In this document: piece after piece, positions 56,117 through 64,000 of the stretch
How the letters are laid out: each line of letters begins with the position of its first letter
Position numbering within the stretch: position 1 is the first letter of the stretch
From: an uncultured Eubacteriales bacterium
GTDB taxonomy: Bacteria; Bacillota; Clostridia; Oscillospirales; Acutalibacteraceae
DNA length: 64,000 bases
Direction: 5' to 3'
NCBI GenBank assembly: GCA_934486705.1
Contig: CAKSQS010000005.1
Location: 18,120-82,119 of the forward strand
The notes under the pieces: generated by a model
Told to the model about the DNA's origin: nothing
What the model saw: only the letters and a program-made list of their open reading frames with translations
Database searches by the model: none
Made by a program: the position numbers and the translations under genes

Positions 56117-56590
56117 TCAGTTAAGAATAAAGGAGATAGGGGAGACGCGCTCCTTAATTACCGTCGCCTTATATGTGCCGTCGGGCAATCCCGCCGCGCT
56201 TGCGCGAACCTCATACACCGCGTCGGTCGCGTCTATTCCCGCAAGGCTTAAAATACTGCCGTCCTTTTCCTTATCGAGCCGTATGGGAGCGGCCGCAATA
56301 TCGGTTACGGGGTATTCCTGCTCATTTACCGAGATAAACGCATTATCGGTAAAGCCCGATATATCCGATTCTTTTACATAACATACAATTTCGCCGTTTT
56401 CGGCTGCGCCTGCGGTTTGAACCGATGAATCAAGCTGCCCGAACACGCCCCAAACGCACGCGCCCGCAAGCAGAATTACAACCGCCGCCAGCACCGTCCA
56501 TACGCCGGGGTTTGATACCCTTATGTAATCGTTAAGCTGCTCGGGCGAGGTGACCCTTTCCATACTTTTCTTTCTGAACAAATCGCTCAT
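56117..56590 (-). CDS. short HlyD-family-like membrane protein (N-terminal anchor module only)
   Basis: LFRKKSMERVTSPEQLNDYIRVSNPGVWTVLAAVVILLAG is the typical HlyD/bacteriocin secretion adaptor N-terminus. The ORF is only 157 aa. Confidence 0.55.
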   Translation of the reverse strand: MSDLFRKKSMERVTSPEQLNDYIRVSNPGVWTVLAAVVILLAGACVWGVFGQLDSSVQTAGAAENGEIVCYVKESDISGFTDNAFISVNEQEYPVTDIAAAPIRLDKEKDGSILSLAGIDATDAVYEVRASAAGLPDGTYKATVIKERVSPISFILN

Positions 56591-56606
56591 TTTTTTTTTG
56601 CTCTCC

Positions 56607-58646
56607 TTACAGGTATTTTATTACGGACAGTATGTTTTTTCCGTCTTTACGCTCGTATTTTACTTCGTCCATTGTCTTTTTAACAATGTAAATTCCAAGC
56701 CCGCCTATTTCGCGCTCGTCAGCCGAAAGAGTTACGTCGGGGTCGGGCTTTTCAAGCGGGTTGTAGGGCGCTCCGCTATCGGTAAAGGTGAGTGTGACAG
56801 CCTTCGGGCTATCGCTCTTTTCGAGTCTTATTTCTGCGTTGCCCTCTCCGTTTTCATAGGCGTAGTGCGCTATGTTTGAAAAAATTTCATCCGCCGCTAT
56901 ATCTATTTGCTTTTGAGCTTTCATATCGCAGCCGAGACTTTCAAGCTCCGCATTTATAAACTCGGTAATTTTATCAATGCTTTCTGCTGCGGCAGATACG
57001 GTTATAACGCAACCGTTCCCCATTTTTGCCTTGTATTCAAGGCAGAGCATTGTTATATCGTCAAACTGCGGCGCGCCAGATACAAATTTGTCAATATCGG
57101 TCTTAACTGCGCCCAGTATCTCGGCGGGAGCGGTATTTTTAACGCTGTTAAGCGCGGTTTTAAGTCTATCCATACCGTAAAGCTCGTTTTCGGAGTTTGT
57201 AGCTTCGGTAACGCCGTCGGTGTACTGAAAAATTTTATCGCCCGCACTGAGCGTAATGCTGCCCGCGCGGTATTTCATATTTTCCATACCCGCAAGCACA
57301 AAGCCCGGGCGTATTTTGTAAGGCTCAAATTCGCTGCCCGCCCTTAAAATAAACGGCATTTCGTGCCCTGCGTTTACAAAATTAAATTCACCTGTGGCAA
57401 GGTCGAGCACGCCCTCAAACGCGGTTATGAAAAGTCCCTCGCTGTTTGATTCGCAAAGCATATTGTTTACTTCGGTGAAAACCTCGCCCAAGTCTTTCCC
57501 GGGAACGGTGTGGTCGTTAATAAGGGTTTTGCCTATAACCATAAACAGCGCAGCGGGAACGCCCTTGCCCGAAACATCCGCCATTACAATTGCCAAATGG
57601 CGTTCGTCCACCATAAAGAAATCGTAAAAATCGCCGCCGACCTCCTTTGCGGGGTCCATTGTGGCGTAAATATCAAATTCGCGCCTTTCGGGGAACGCGG
57701 GGAAAATGCAGGGCAGCATTGAGGCCTGAATATTCTTTGCAATATCAAGCTCCGCGCCTATTCTTTCCTTTTCGGCGGTGACTTTTGAAAGGTTGGCAAT
57801 GTAGCCTTCAAGCTTTTCAAGCATATAGTTAAAGGAGTTGCCCAATTGCTCTATTTCGTCGCCTGTTTTAAGTGAGATACGCTGATTTTCAAATACACCC
57901 GTTTCGGTAATATTCTTTGTAAATGCGGCAAGCTTGCCTATAGGCTTTGTAACCACCCTGCCCACAAAGAATATATAGGCTAAAATGGTAAGACCTATAA
58001 CCGCAAAGGCTATTAAAAGCATATTTATAAGGAAAGAGTTAAGGTGCGCCCGCACCTCGCTCATATCCAGTATATACTGTATTTCGGCAATCGCTTTGCC
58101 GTTTTCATCGGTTATAACCGATATTCCCGTGTAGTTATAGCCGTAGCTGTTATCGGTTACAATCGGCTTTTCAAGCCCCTTGTTTTGCGAGTACATTTTC
58201 CATATTGTTATGTATTTTTCCATATCCCGCGGGTCGTCGGGGTTAGCCGCCTCGGCATACGGCACGACGCTGCCGTATGCCAACCGGTTTTCGGGGCTGT
58301 CGCCCATTTCCTCAACCATTGCGTCAATGTAAAAATGAACGCTGTCTTCATCCGGCACAACAAGCGAAAGAAATGTAACGTTTCCGTCCTTTTTAAGCTT
58401 GTTGAAGAGCGCGGCTGTTTTTTTGTAGGTATCGGTTTTATCGCCGCCGCTTGCTATAATTGTTTTAACGTCCTCGGCGGGCAGCATTGCGGCAATGGCG
58501 TTGCTGTTGGTCATAACCCGCTCGGCATACATATTTTCAAGGTATGATTTTGAGGTGGCGTAGCTGAAAAGCGATACCGCAACCGTCATAACAAGACCTA
58601 TTACGCCGAGCGAAATAATAAATTTAGGTAAAAGCCTTATTTTCAT
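56607..58646 (-). CDS. membrane sensor: extracytoplasmic domain-HAMP-PP2C(SpoIIE) phosphatase fused to an RsbW/SpoIIAB-like HATPase domain
   Basis: Two TM helices flank a ~170-aa outer domain, followed by a HAMP-like linker. PP2C motif VMADVSGKGVPAALFM. C-terminal N-box ADEIFSNIAHYA, G1 FTDSGAPYNP, G2 IGGLGIYIVKK. Confidence 0.8.
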   Translation of the reverse strand: MKIRLLPKFIISLGVIGLVMTVAVSLFSYATSKSYLENMYAERVMTNSNAIAAMLPAEDVKTIIASGGDKTDTYKKTAALFNKLKKDGNVTFLSLVVPDEDSVHFYIDAMVEEMGDSPENRLAYGSVVPYAEAANPDDPRDMEKYITIWKMYSQNKGLEKPIVTDNSYGYNYTGISVITDENGKAIAEIQYILDMSEVRAHLNSFLINMLLIAFAVIGLTILAYIFFVGRVVTKPIGKLAAFTKNITETGVFENQRISLKTGDEIEQLGNSFNYMLEKLEGYIANLSKVTAEKERIGAELDIAKNIQASMLPCIFPAFPERREFDIYATMDPAKEVGGDFYDFFMVDERHLAIVMADVSGKGVPAALFMVIGKTLINDHTVPGKDLGEVFTEVNNMLCESNSEGLFITAFEGVLDLATGEFNFVNAGHEMPFILRAGSEFEPYKIRPGFVLAGMENMKYRAGSITLSAGDKIFQYTDGVTEATNSENELYGMDRLKTALNSVKNTAPAEILGAVKTDIDKFVSGAPQFDDITMLCLEYKAKMGNGCVITVSAAAESIDKITEFINAELESLGCDMKAQKQIDIAADEIFSNIAHYAYENGEGNAEIRLEKSDSPKAVTLTFTDSGAPYNPLEKPDPDVTLSADEREIGGLGIYIVKKTMDEVKYERKDGKNILSVIKYL

Positions 58647-59248
58647 ACCCTTAGTTCCTTTCCTGTTTTTTTAAAGTATATTTCCGCCCCGCAGCGGCAG
58701 CGCCCGCCGCATATGGGGCAAATAAGCTGCTTTTCATCGTACCATACATTTTCGGCGGACGATAAAAAGCTAAAGCCACAGCTTTTAAGCGCGGGGGCTA
58801 AAAACGCGCCGCCCTCCGCTTTCCAACAGACCGTAAACACCGCGCCCGCTCCCGCTTTTTGCAGGCGGTCTGCGGCAAATTTTATAAGCCGCGCCGCAAT
58901 GCCGAGCCCACGAAAATCCTCTCTTATTCCTACCGATTGTATCTGCCCGATACAGTCGCCGCTGTCGCTCGCTTCGAGCAGAATTTTTTCATCAAGCTTT
59001 GCATATTTTACAAGGCTTTTAGTATCGGTCAATTTATAATAAATATATCCTGCCGTTTCTCCGTTTTCGGTTTTTAAAAGCCAAAAAAACTGCTTTTTAT
59101 TTTCTACAGTGATACCGAGGTCTTTTTCGGAATACAGATTTTTACCCACGCATATATCGCAAAGCGCCTTTGCCGTGCTTATTTCGTTGAGCCGCAGTGG
59201 GCTTAAATAAAATACCGCTCCGTTTTCCGCAGCTATTCTGTTTTCCAT
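58643..59248 (-). CDS. GNAT-family N-acetyltransferase with a C-terminal Cys cluster
   Basis: Motif A QIQSVGIREDFRGLGIAARLIKFA. C-terminal CPICGGRCRCG. 4-nt overlap with the downstream phosphatase gene. Confidence 0.75.
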   Translation of the reverse strand: MENRIAAENGAVFYLSPLRLNEISTAKALCDICVGKNLYSEKDLGITVENKKQFFWLLKTENGETAGYIYYKLTDTKSLVKYAKLDEKILLEASDSGDCIGQIQSVGIREDFRGLGIAARLIKFAADRLQKAGAGAVFTVCWKAEGGAFLAPALKSCGFSFLSSAENVWYDEKQLICPICGGRCRCGAEIYFKKTGKELRV

Positions 59249-59254
59249 TTATAA

Positions 59255-60091
59255 TCACGGCTTTCTTTTGCAGGCTGCAATTTTAAGACCCATTTTAATT
59301 TCGGTTTTATTATCGGTAATAACGTGGTGCAGTTTTTCGTAATTTTCCCGCAGCCAATCGGAAAAAGCAATAAATTCGGCGTTTTCGGGGTCTTCTTCAA
59401 GTAAAAGCTCAACATCATCGGGAAGATAGGAAAAAAACGTTGTAAATATATCTTCCTTTTTCTCTTTATCGTCGGCTTTTGCCGATATATATTCGCAAAG
59501 CGTTTCGGTATCCGAATATCCGCATTTGCTCAAAATGTCGGGCAGTGTTTTACCCGTTTCGCGGTTTCCCGCATATTTATCTTTTTTAAGAATTTCCAAA
59601 GCGCCGCGTAACAGCTCTGCGCCGCAGGGGGATATATCCGATATTCCGTCGTTCCCCTCGGTCACAATAAGCAAACCGTCGGGCTTTAAAAGGCTTTTAA
59701 GCCTTACAAGCAGCGCTTCGGGGTTGCGCAAATGCATAAGCACAAATGATATGTAAATTATATCAAATTGCTGTATATTAAAATCTTCGGCAAACGCGGG
59801 CGACTCAATATCCGCTTTGTAAAAGGAAAATTTCTGTGAGCCGTAAGCTTTATTGGCTTTTTCTATAAGTTCTGCGTTACAGTCTACGCCTATTACCCGC
59901 GAAAACATATCGTGTGAAAAAAGCCCGAACGCCTTAGCACCGTTATTGCAGCCTATATCAAGCACCGAAAGCCCGCTTTTGCCTGAAAAAAGTCTTAAAA
60001 TCAGCGGCTTTTCAAGCTCTGAAAACAGTCGGTTTTGCACTTCAAGCCTTTTTATTTCCTTTTCATTGCCGAATATGTTCTTACCCTGCAC
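59255..60091 (-). CDS. class I SAM-dependent methyltransferase
   Basis: Motif I VLDIGCNNG, and post-I/II blocks (VIGVDCN; DIIYISFVLMHL). Confidence 0.8.
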   Translation of the reverse strand: MQGKNIFGNEKEIKRLEVQNRLFSELEKPLILRLFSGKSGLSVLDIGCNNGAKAFGLFSHDMFSRVIGVDCNAELIEKANKAYGSQKFSFYKADIESPAFAEDFNIQQFDIIYISFVLMHLRNPEALLVRLKSLLKPDGLLIVTEGNDGISDISPCGAELLRGALEILKKDKYAGNRETGKTLPDILSKCGYSDTETLCEYISAKADDKEKKEDIFTTFFSYLPDDVELLLEEDPENAEFIAFSDWLRENYEKLHHVITDNKTEIKMGLKIAACKRKP

Positions 60092-60102
60092 TGCCTTACT
60101 CC

Positions 60103-61839
60103 TTATAATACCGTATATAAATAGTTGAATATCATTTTACGCTGATAATCGCAATATTTAGTTTTAGCCTTTATAAGCCTTAAAACTCCGCTGTCTATTT
60201 CGTCGCCGTCCGATTCAAAGGGGTTATAGCGCGATACGTTATCCCGTATGCGGAGAATACAGTCCCCGTTCTTTTCCATAAGCTTTATTGAAATATAATA
60301 TGTTTTGCCGCCGCCCGACAGCGCGAATTTAATTATATTAAGCAGCATTTCCTCGCAAATAAAGTTGATGAAAAATGCGTGCTGAGGCGCTATATCCCAT
60401 TCGCCGCAAATCCTTTCAAGGTCGGCGGATATTGAAAAAGCGCTTTCGGTTTTTATGGCATAAACGCTTTCAAAGCATCTGCCCTTTGCGCCGAATTTAT
60501 CCGTTACATACTTTTTCGCCGCGGCGGTGTATGAAAATATAAGTATTACAGCCGTGCAAAGCGCCTCGGTTACAGCATATGTAAGCGCAAGCCCCGTAAT
60601 TCCGCTTTTGGGTATAAGCACCGCGCCGAGCGAGAGCATAAGCAAGCAATTGCGCATTACCGATATCGCACCCGCAAAGCCCGCCCTGCCGAGGGACTGC
60701 CAGTAGGCGGTAAGCACCGTGTTTATTCCCGTAAAAACAACGCTTATTGCAAAAATGCGCAAAGCCGCAGCCGCCGCGGTATTCCTTATTCCGAAAAAGC
60801 CGACAAGCGTATTCGGAAACGCCGCAAATAAAAGTGAAATTGCCGCGCCCGCAATTAAAGCTGTTAAAACCGCACGCCTTCTTACGGCGAAAATACCCTT
60901 TATATCCGCTTCCCCCGCCGTAAATGCCGTTACGGTGGAAAGCGCGCCCGATATTCCCTCAAATATTCCGCCGGGAACAGTGCCTACGGTATAAAGCACG
61001 CCGTATATTGCAACATACAAAGCGCCGTTTGATACACCGAAACGCAAAAGCAAGGTGTTAAAAACAAGCATTACCACTGCGCCGAAAAAGCCCGATGAGC
61101 CTACCCCGAAGCCGTTTGAAACAAAATCCTTAATATCCGATTTTCGCGGCAGGGCTATATGTAATTTTAAAAGACTGCTTTTTTTGAAAAAGTGGGCAAG
61201 CAAAACCAAAACGCCCAAAGCCTCGGCTATGCAAAGCGAGGCGGAGGCGCCCATAATTCCGAGCCTTAACACCTGCATAAAAATAATATCAAGGGTTATA
61301 TTTACAAAAATAACCGTGCCCGAGGCTATTGCGGCAAGTATGGGGTCACTGTCAGACCGAACGGACGCCGACAATATGTGATACATAATAAACGCCGGCG
61401 CGGAGTACATTACTACCGTGAGGTAGCGGTCGGCTTGCGGGTAAAGCTCCTTTGTAACGCCTAAAAATGTAAAAAACGCGTCCTTAAACAAAAGGGGCAG
61501 CAGCGCCGCCGCGCTTAATATAAGCCCAAGACCGAGCACCGCCGAAAAAGCGCGGTTTGCCGCCTTAATATCAGCCGTGCCGAGTAAGCGCGCTATTCCC
61601 ACATTCGCGCCTATGCCCACCGTCATACCGATAAGGGCATAGAAGAGAAACACGGGGGTTGAAATATTCGCTACGGCAAGCCCGCTGTTGCCTGTGAGAT
61701 TGCCCACAAGCAGCGCGTCAACTATGGTACATACCATAACCGAAAGTGATGAGCAAATACCCCATATAAGAAAATGTCCGAATGCCCCGACGGCGAAATC
61801 CGCCCCCGCCGCTTTGCGGGATAGGCGCTCTTTTTTCAT
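60103..61839 (-). CDS. MATE-family efflux transporter fused to a degenerate anti-sigma-kinase-like (HATPase_c_2-like) C-terminal domain
   Basis: About 12 TM helices in the first ~440 aa. The C-terminal ~130 aa (FICEEMLLNIIKFA...IRDNVSRYNPFE...IDSGVLRLIKAKT) align with the HATPase tail of the 56607-58646 protein but lack the G1/G2 glycines. Confidence 0.65.
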   Translation of the reverse strand: MKKERLSRKAAGADFAVGAFGHFLIWGICSSLSVMVCTIVDALLVGNLTGNSGLAVANISTPVFLFYALIGMTVGIGANVGIARLLGTADIKAANRAFSAVLGLGLILSAAALLPLLFKDAFFTFLGVTKELYPQADRYLTVVMYSAPAFIMYHILSASVRSDSDPILAAIASGTVIFVNITLDIIFMQVLRLGIMGASASLCIAEALGVLVLLAHFFKKSSLLKLHIALPRKSDIKDFVSNGFGVGSSGFFGAVVMLVFNTLLLRFGVSNGALYVAIYGVLYTVGTVPGGIFEGISGALSTVTAFTAGEADIKGIFAVRRRAVLTALIAGAAISLLFAAFPNTLVGFFGIRNTAAAAALRIFAISVVFTGINTVLTAYWQSLGRAGFAGAISVMRNCLLMLSLGAVLIPKSGITGLALTYAVTEALCTAVILIFSYTAAAKKYVTDKFGAKGRCFESVYAIKTESAFSISADLERICGEWDIAPQHAFFINFICEEMLLNIIKFALSGGGKTYYISIKLMEKNGDCILRIRDNVSRYNPFESDGDEIDSGVLRLIKAKTKYCDYQRKMIFNYLYTVL

Positions 61840-62138
61840 TCTACCGTCAGAACATCGGAAAATCCGGTTATCTCAAAAATATCCGATATTGTATCGTTTA
61901 CGTTCTTTATTATCATTTGCCCCTGCCTGTTCATAACCTTTTGCGCGGCAAGCAACACGCGCAAGCCCGCCGATGATATATATTCAACGCCCGCAAAGTT
62001 CATAATAAGTGAGCTTACGCCGCCTATTTCCTGTTTAAGCTCCTTTTCAAGCATAGGGGCGGTTGTAGTGTCAAGCCTGCCCTCAAGCGTTAAAACAAGC
62101 TCAGAGCCGTTTTTCTCTTTGTTAACTGTCATTTCCAT
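61836..62138 (-). CDS. STAS-domain anti-sigma-factor antagonist (SpoIIAA/RsbV-like)
   Basis: 100 aa. LEGRLDTTTAP...YISSAGLRVLL contains the conserved phosphorylatable Ser context. 4-nt overlap with the MATE fusion gene. Confidence 0.85.
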   Translation of the reverse strand: MEMTVNKEKNGSELVLTLEGRLDTTTAPMLEKELKQEIGGVSSLIMNFAGVEYISSAGLRVLLAAQKVMNRQGQMIIKNVNDTISDIFEITGFSDVLTVE

Positions 62139-62201
62139 TCTCCGTTTGCAAAGAAATTTTCATATGCTGCGCGGTAAAGTTGGCACGCATATTATATTAT
62201 C

Positions 62202-62230
62202 ATTATATCGCATAACAAAAAATAAATCAA
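62202..62230 (-). promoter_or_regulatory. sigma-A type promoter upstream of the STAS gene (head of the 16-kb minus-strand block)
   Basis: The minus strand reads TTGATT (62230-62225), a 17-nt spacer, then TATAAT (62207-62202). Confidence 0.55.
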
Positions 62231-62355
62231 TATAATTATTATAAAGGCGCGGTCATTTTTGAAAAATTTACAAATAAAATAATCACCGCAGGCGGTTGTA
62301 TTCCGCAAGCGGCGACTTTTTCGTATCTTATTACATATTTCGAAGAAACAGGGGG

Positions 62356-62904
62356 CTATATTTTCCCGCTGTCCTTTAAAAGCTTCAGCTTTAAAACCGC
62401 CGCCTGCGTTTTCGCGTCGGTAATCTCACCGGCGAGTATCATTTCAACCGCCTTTTCAAGCGGTATTTTTTCCACGCTTAAAAATTCATCGTCATCGGGG
62501 TGCTGCTCGCCGTATTTAAGCCCTGCTGCGGCAAACATCCAGATTATTTCCCCGCAATACCCGGGAGATGGGTAAAGCTTACCTAACGGTATAAATTTTT
62601 CAGCCTCTGCGCCCGTTTCCTCTTTAAGCTCGCGCTTTCCGCAGGCAAGGGGGTCTTCATCGGCACTGTCCCGCTTTCCCGCGGGAATTTCGGTTACAAT
62701 TTCCATATACGGGTAGCGGAATTGTTTTACAAAAAGCACCTCGTTATTATCGGTCAGCGCCGCCACGCAAACGCCGCCGTTATGCTCTATTACCTCGCGT
62801 GTGGCGGTTTTGCCGTTCGGCAGTAGTGCTACATCGCGGCGCAGCTTTATAATTTTGCCCTTGTAAATGTATTCGCCCGAAATTTGTTTTTCCTCTAAAT
62901 TCAT
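62356..62904 (-). CDS. NUDIX hydrolase (ADP-ribose pyrophosphatase-like)
   Basis: Nudix box PAGKRDSADEDPLACGKRELKEETGA. The ATG at 62904 is preceded by GAAGGAG; the ORF extends to 62958. Confidence 0.85.
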   Translation of the reverse strand: MNLEEKQISGEYIYKGKIIKLRRDVALLPNGKTATREVIEHNGGVCVAALTDNNEVLFVKQFRYPYMEIVTEIPAGKRDSADEDPLACGKRELKEETGAEAEKFIPLGKLYPSPGYCGEIIWMFAAAGLKYGEQHPDDDEFLSVEKIPLEKAVEMILAGEITDAKTQAAVLKLKLLKDSGKI

Positions 62905-62950
62905 TAAATAAAGCTCCTTCAAATATATATGTTTATGGGAGAGTGGTATT

Positions 62951-63853
62951 ATGAGCAAGCTTGTAAAGCCTGCGGTTTATGATTATTTCGCGCGCAGAAA
63001 GGTAACAGAAAGCCTTTGCGCGGAGTACGAATTTATAAAACGAAGTATTATCGGCCGCAGCTGCGGCGGCAGGGATATACCCGCGCTTAAAATCGGCTCG
63101 GCTGCGGAGTACAGCCTTATTGCCGCGGCCTTTCACGGCAGCGAGCATATAACCGCGGTTGTTCTGCTTATGTTTATTGAAGAACTGGCGGCAGCAATAA
63201 AAAGCGGCGGTTACTTATGCGGCTTAAACGCCGCGCGCGCATTAAGGGATAGGGGAGTAATATTTATTCCCTGCGTTAATCCCGACGGCTGCGAAATAAG
63301 CATTAACGGTATAAACGCCTGCGGGGAGCTCGGAAGTACCGTAAGGCGGCTGTGCCTTGGGGATTTTGAGCATTGGAACGCAAATTTGCGCGGGGTTGAT
63401 ATAAACCACAATTTTAACGCCGACTGGAAAAACCTGAAAAATAAGGAGATAAAAGCAGGGATATTGGGTCCTGCACCTACCCGTTTCGGGGGCTACAGAC
63501 CCGAAAGTGAGCCTGAAACGCTGGCGCTTACAGAGCTTTGCCGCACGGTAAATATACGCCAGGCGGCGGCGCTGCACTCACAGGGTGAGGTGATATATTG
63601 GAACTACGGCGAAACAGTGCCGCCCCGCTCAAAAAAGATGGCGGAAATAATGGCTACCTCATCTGGCTACGCGCTTGATGTGCCCACGGGTATTGCCGAC
63701 GGCGGCGGGTTTAAGGATTGGTTTATAACCGAATTTTGCCGCCCCGGGTTTACAATTGAATTAGGGCTCGGCAAAAACCCGCTGCCCGCGGCGGACGCCG
63801 AGAGAATATACGAACGGGTTAAAGAAATGCTTATGCTGTTTATTATGATGTGA
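62951..63853 (+). CDS. M14-family zinc carboxypeptidase (gamma-D-glutamyl-diamino acid peptidase-like)
   Basis: Zn ligand motif HGSEHIT, NPDG, and a later HSQGEVIYW block. Confidence 0.75.
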   Translation: MSKLVKPAVYDYFARRKVTESLCAEYEFIKRSIIGRSCGGRDIPALKIGSAAEYSLIAAAFHGSEHITAVVLLMFIEELAAAIKSGGYLCGLNAARALRDRGVIFIPCVNPDGCEISINGINACGELGSTVRRLCLGDFEHWNANLRGVDINHNFNADWKNLKNKEIKAGILGPAPTRFGGYRPESEPETLALTELCRTVNIRQAAALHSQGEVIYWNYGETVPPRSKKMAEIMATSSGYALDVPTGIADGGGFKDWFITEFCRPGFTIELGLGKNPLPAADAERIYERVKEMLMLFIMM

Positions 63854-63914
63854 AAATATGCTGTCGCTGATATGCGACAGCATATTTGAGCGTGTCGAAA
63901 AAGTCGACACGCTC
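63854..63914 (+). terminator. two tandem hairpins after the M14 peptidase gene
   Basis: AAATATGCTGTCGC-tgatat-GCGACAGCATATTT (63854-63887), then GAGCGTGTCGA-aaaag-TCGACACGCTC (63888-63914). The T-tract is weak. Confidence 0.5.
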
Positions 63915-64000
63915 TTGGACGGGAATGCCGCTCGCAAAAATCGGAGATTTTTGACTGCGCTCTATCCCCGCCAATACCACCCCAGTGCCCTTGAAAAACC

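Noticed and set aside
62139-62355. A terminator for the NUDIX gene (CCGCAGGCGG...CCGCAAGCGG).
   Set aside because: There are only two 4-bp segments separated by a 2x2 mismatch, and the U-tract is poor. It is not convincing enough to annotate.

Overview
This is a chromosomal segment of a Firmicutes/Clostridia-type genome, roughly half G+C by eye with clearly AT-richer islands. No rRNA, tRNA, CRISPR array or IS element was seen.

**1-17.2 kb: housekeeping and sugar genes.** mnmG, an SGNH hydrolase, GH43, a heterodimeric ABC exporter pair, rplU-prp-rpmA, two DUF2007-like genes, obg and mrnC. Then an AraC-regulated sugar operon and a SAM-I riboswitch upstream of metK.

**17.3-26.6 kb: a lower-GC surface-glycan locus.** glf, four glycosyltransferases, a Wzy-like protein, a PCP-like protein and a Wzx-like protein.

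**26.6-36 kb: more housekeeping.** comEC, holA, a Toprim protein, a lipase-like hydrolase, glpK, alr, a Zn-peptidase and ychF.

**35,988-45,498: a ~9.5 kb integrative mobilizable element in the 5' end of ychF.**
- It is bounded by a perfect 43-bp direct repeat.
- It carries int, xis, an FtsK-like ATPase, a DUF961-like gene and an HTH regulator.
- Its Rep is of the CRESS-virus type (HUH plus SF3 helicase), and an AAGTATTAC stem-loop origin sits upstream of rep.
- A ~0.65 kb ORF-free structured region follows.
- The cargo is a very AT-rich two-gene module of unknown function: a 720-aa coiled-coil protein with a C-terminal glycine-zipper helix, plus a 215-aa protein.
- Relics of related elements flank attR.

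**46.2-62.2 kb: one ~16 kb minus-strand block.** In transcription order it encodes:
- a STAS protein, a MATE/pseudo-kinase fusion, a methyltransferase and a GNAT;
- a HAMP-PP2C-HATPase protein and a short HlyD-like protein;
- a C39-peptidase ABC exporter and a second ABC exporter;
- a leader-like mini-protein translationally coupled to an ECF-type sigma factor;
- eight tandem Nif11-leader/double-glycine precursor genes with large Cys-rich cores, then a radical SAM/SPASM maturase.

This is a large, apparently uncharacterised RiPP-type system with its own partner-switching regulation.

**Window end:** a NUDIX hydrolase and an M14 peptidase.
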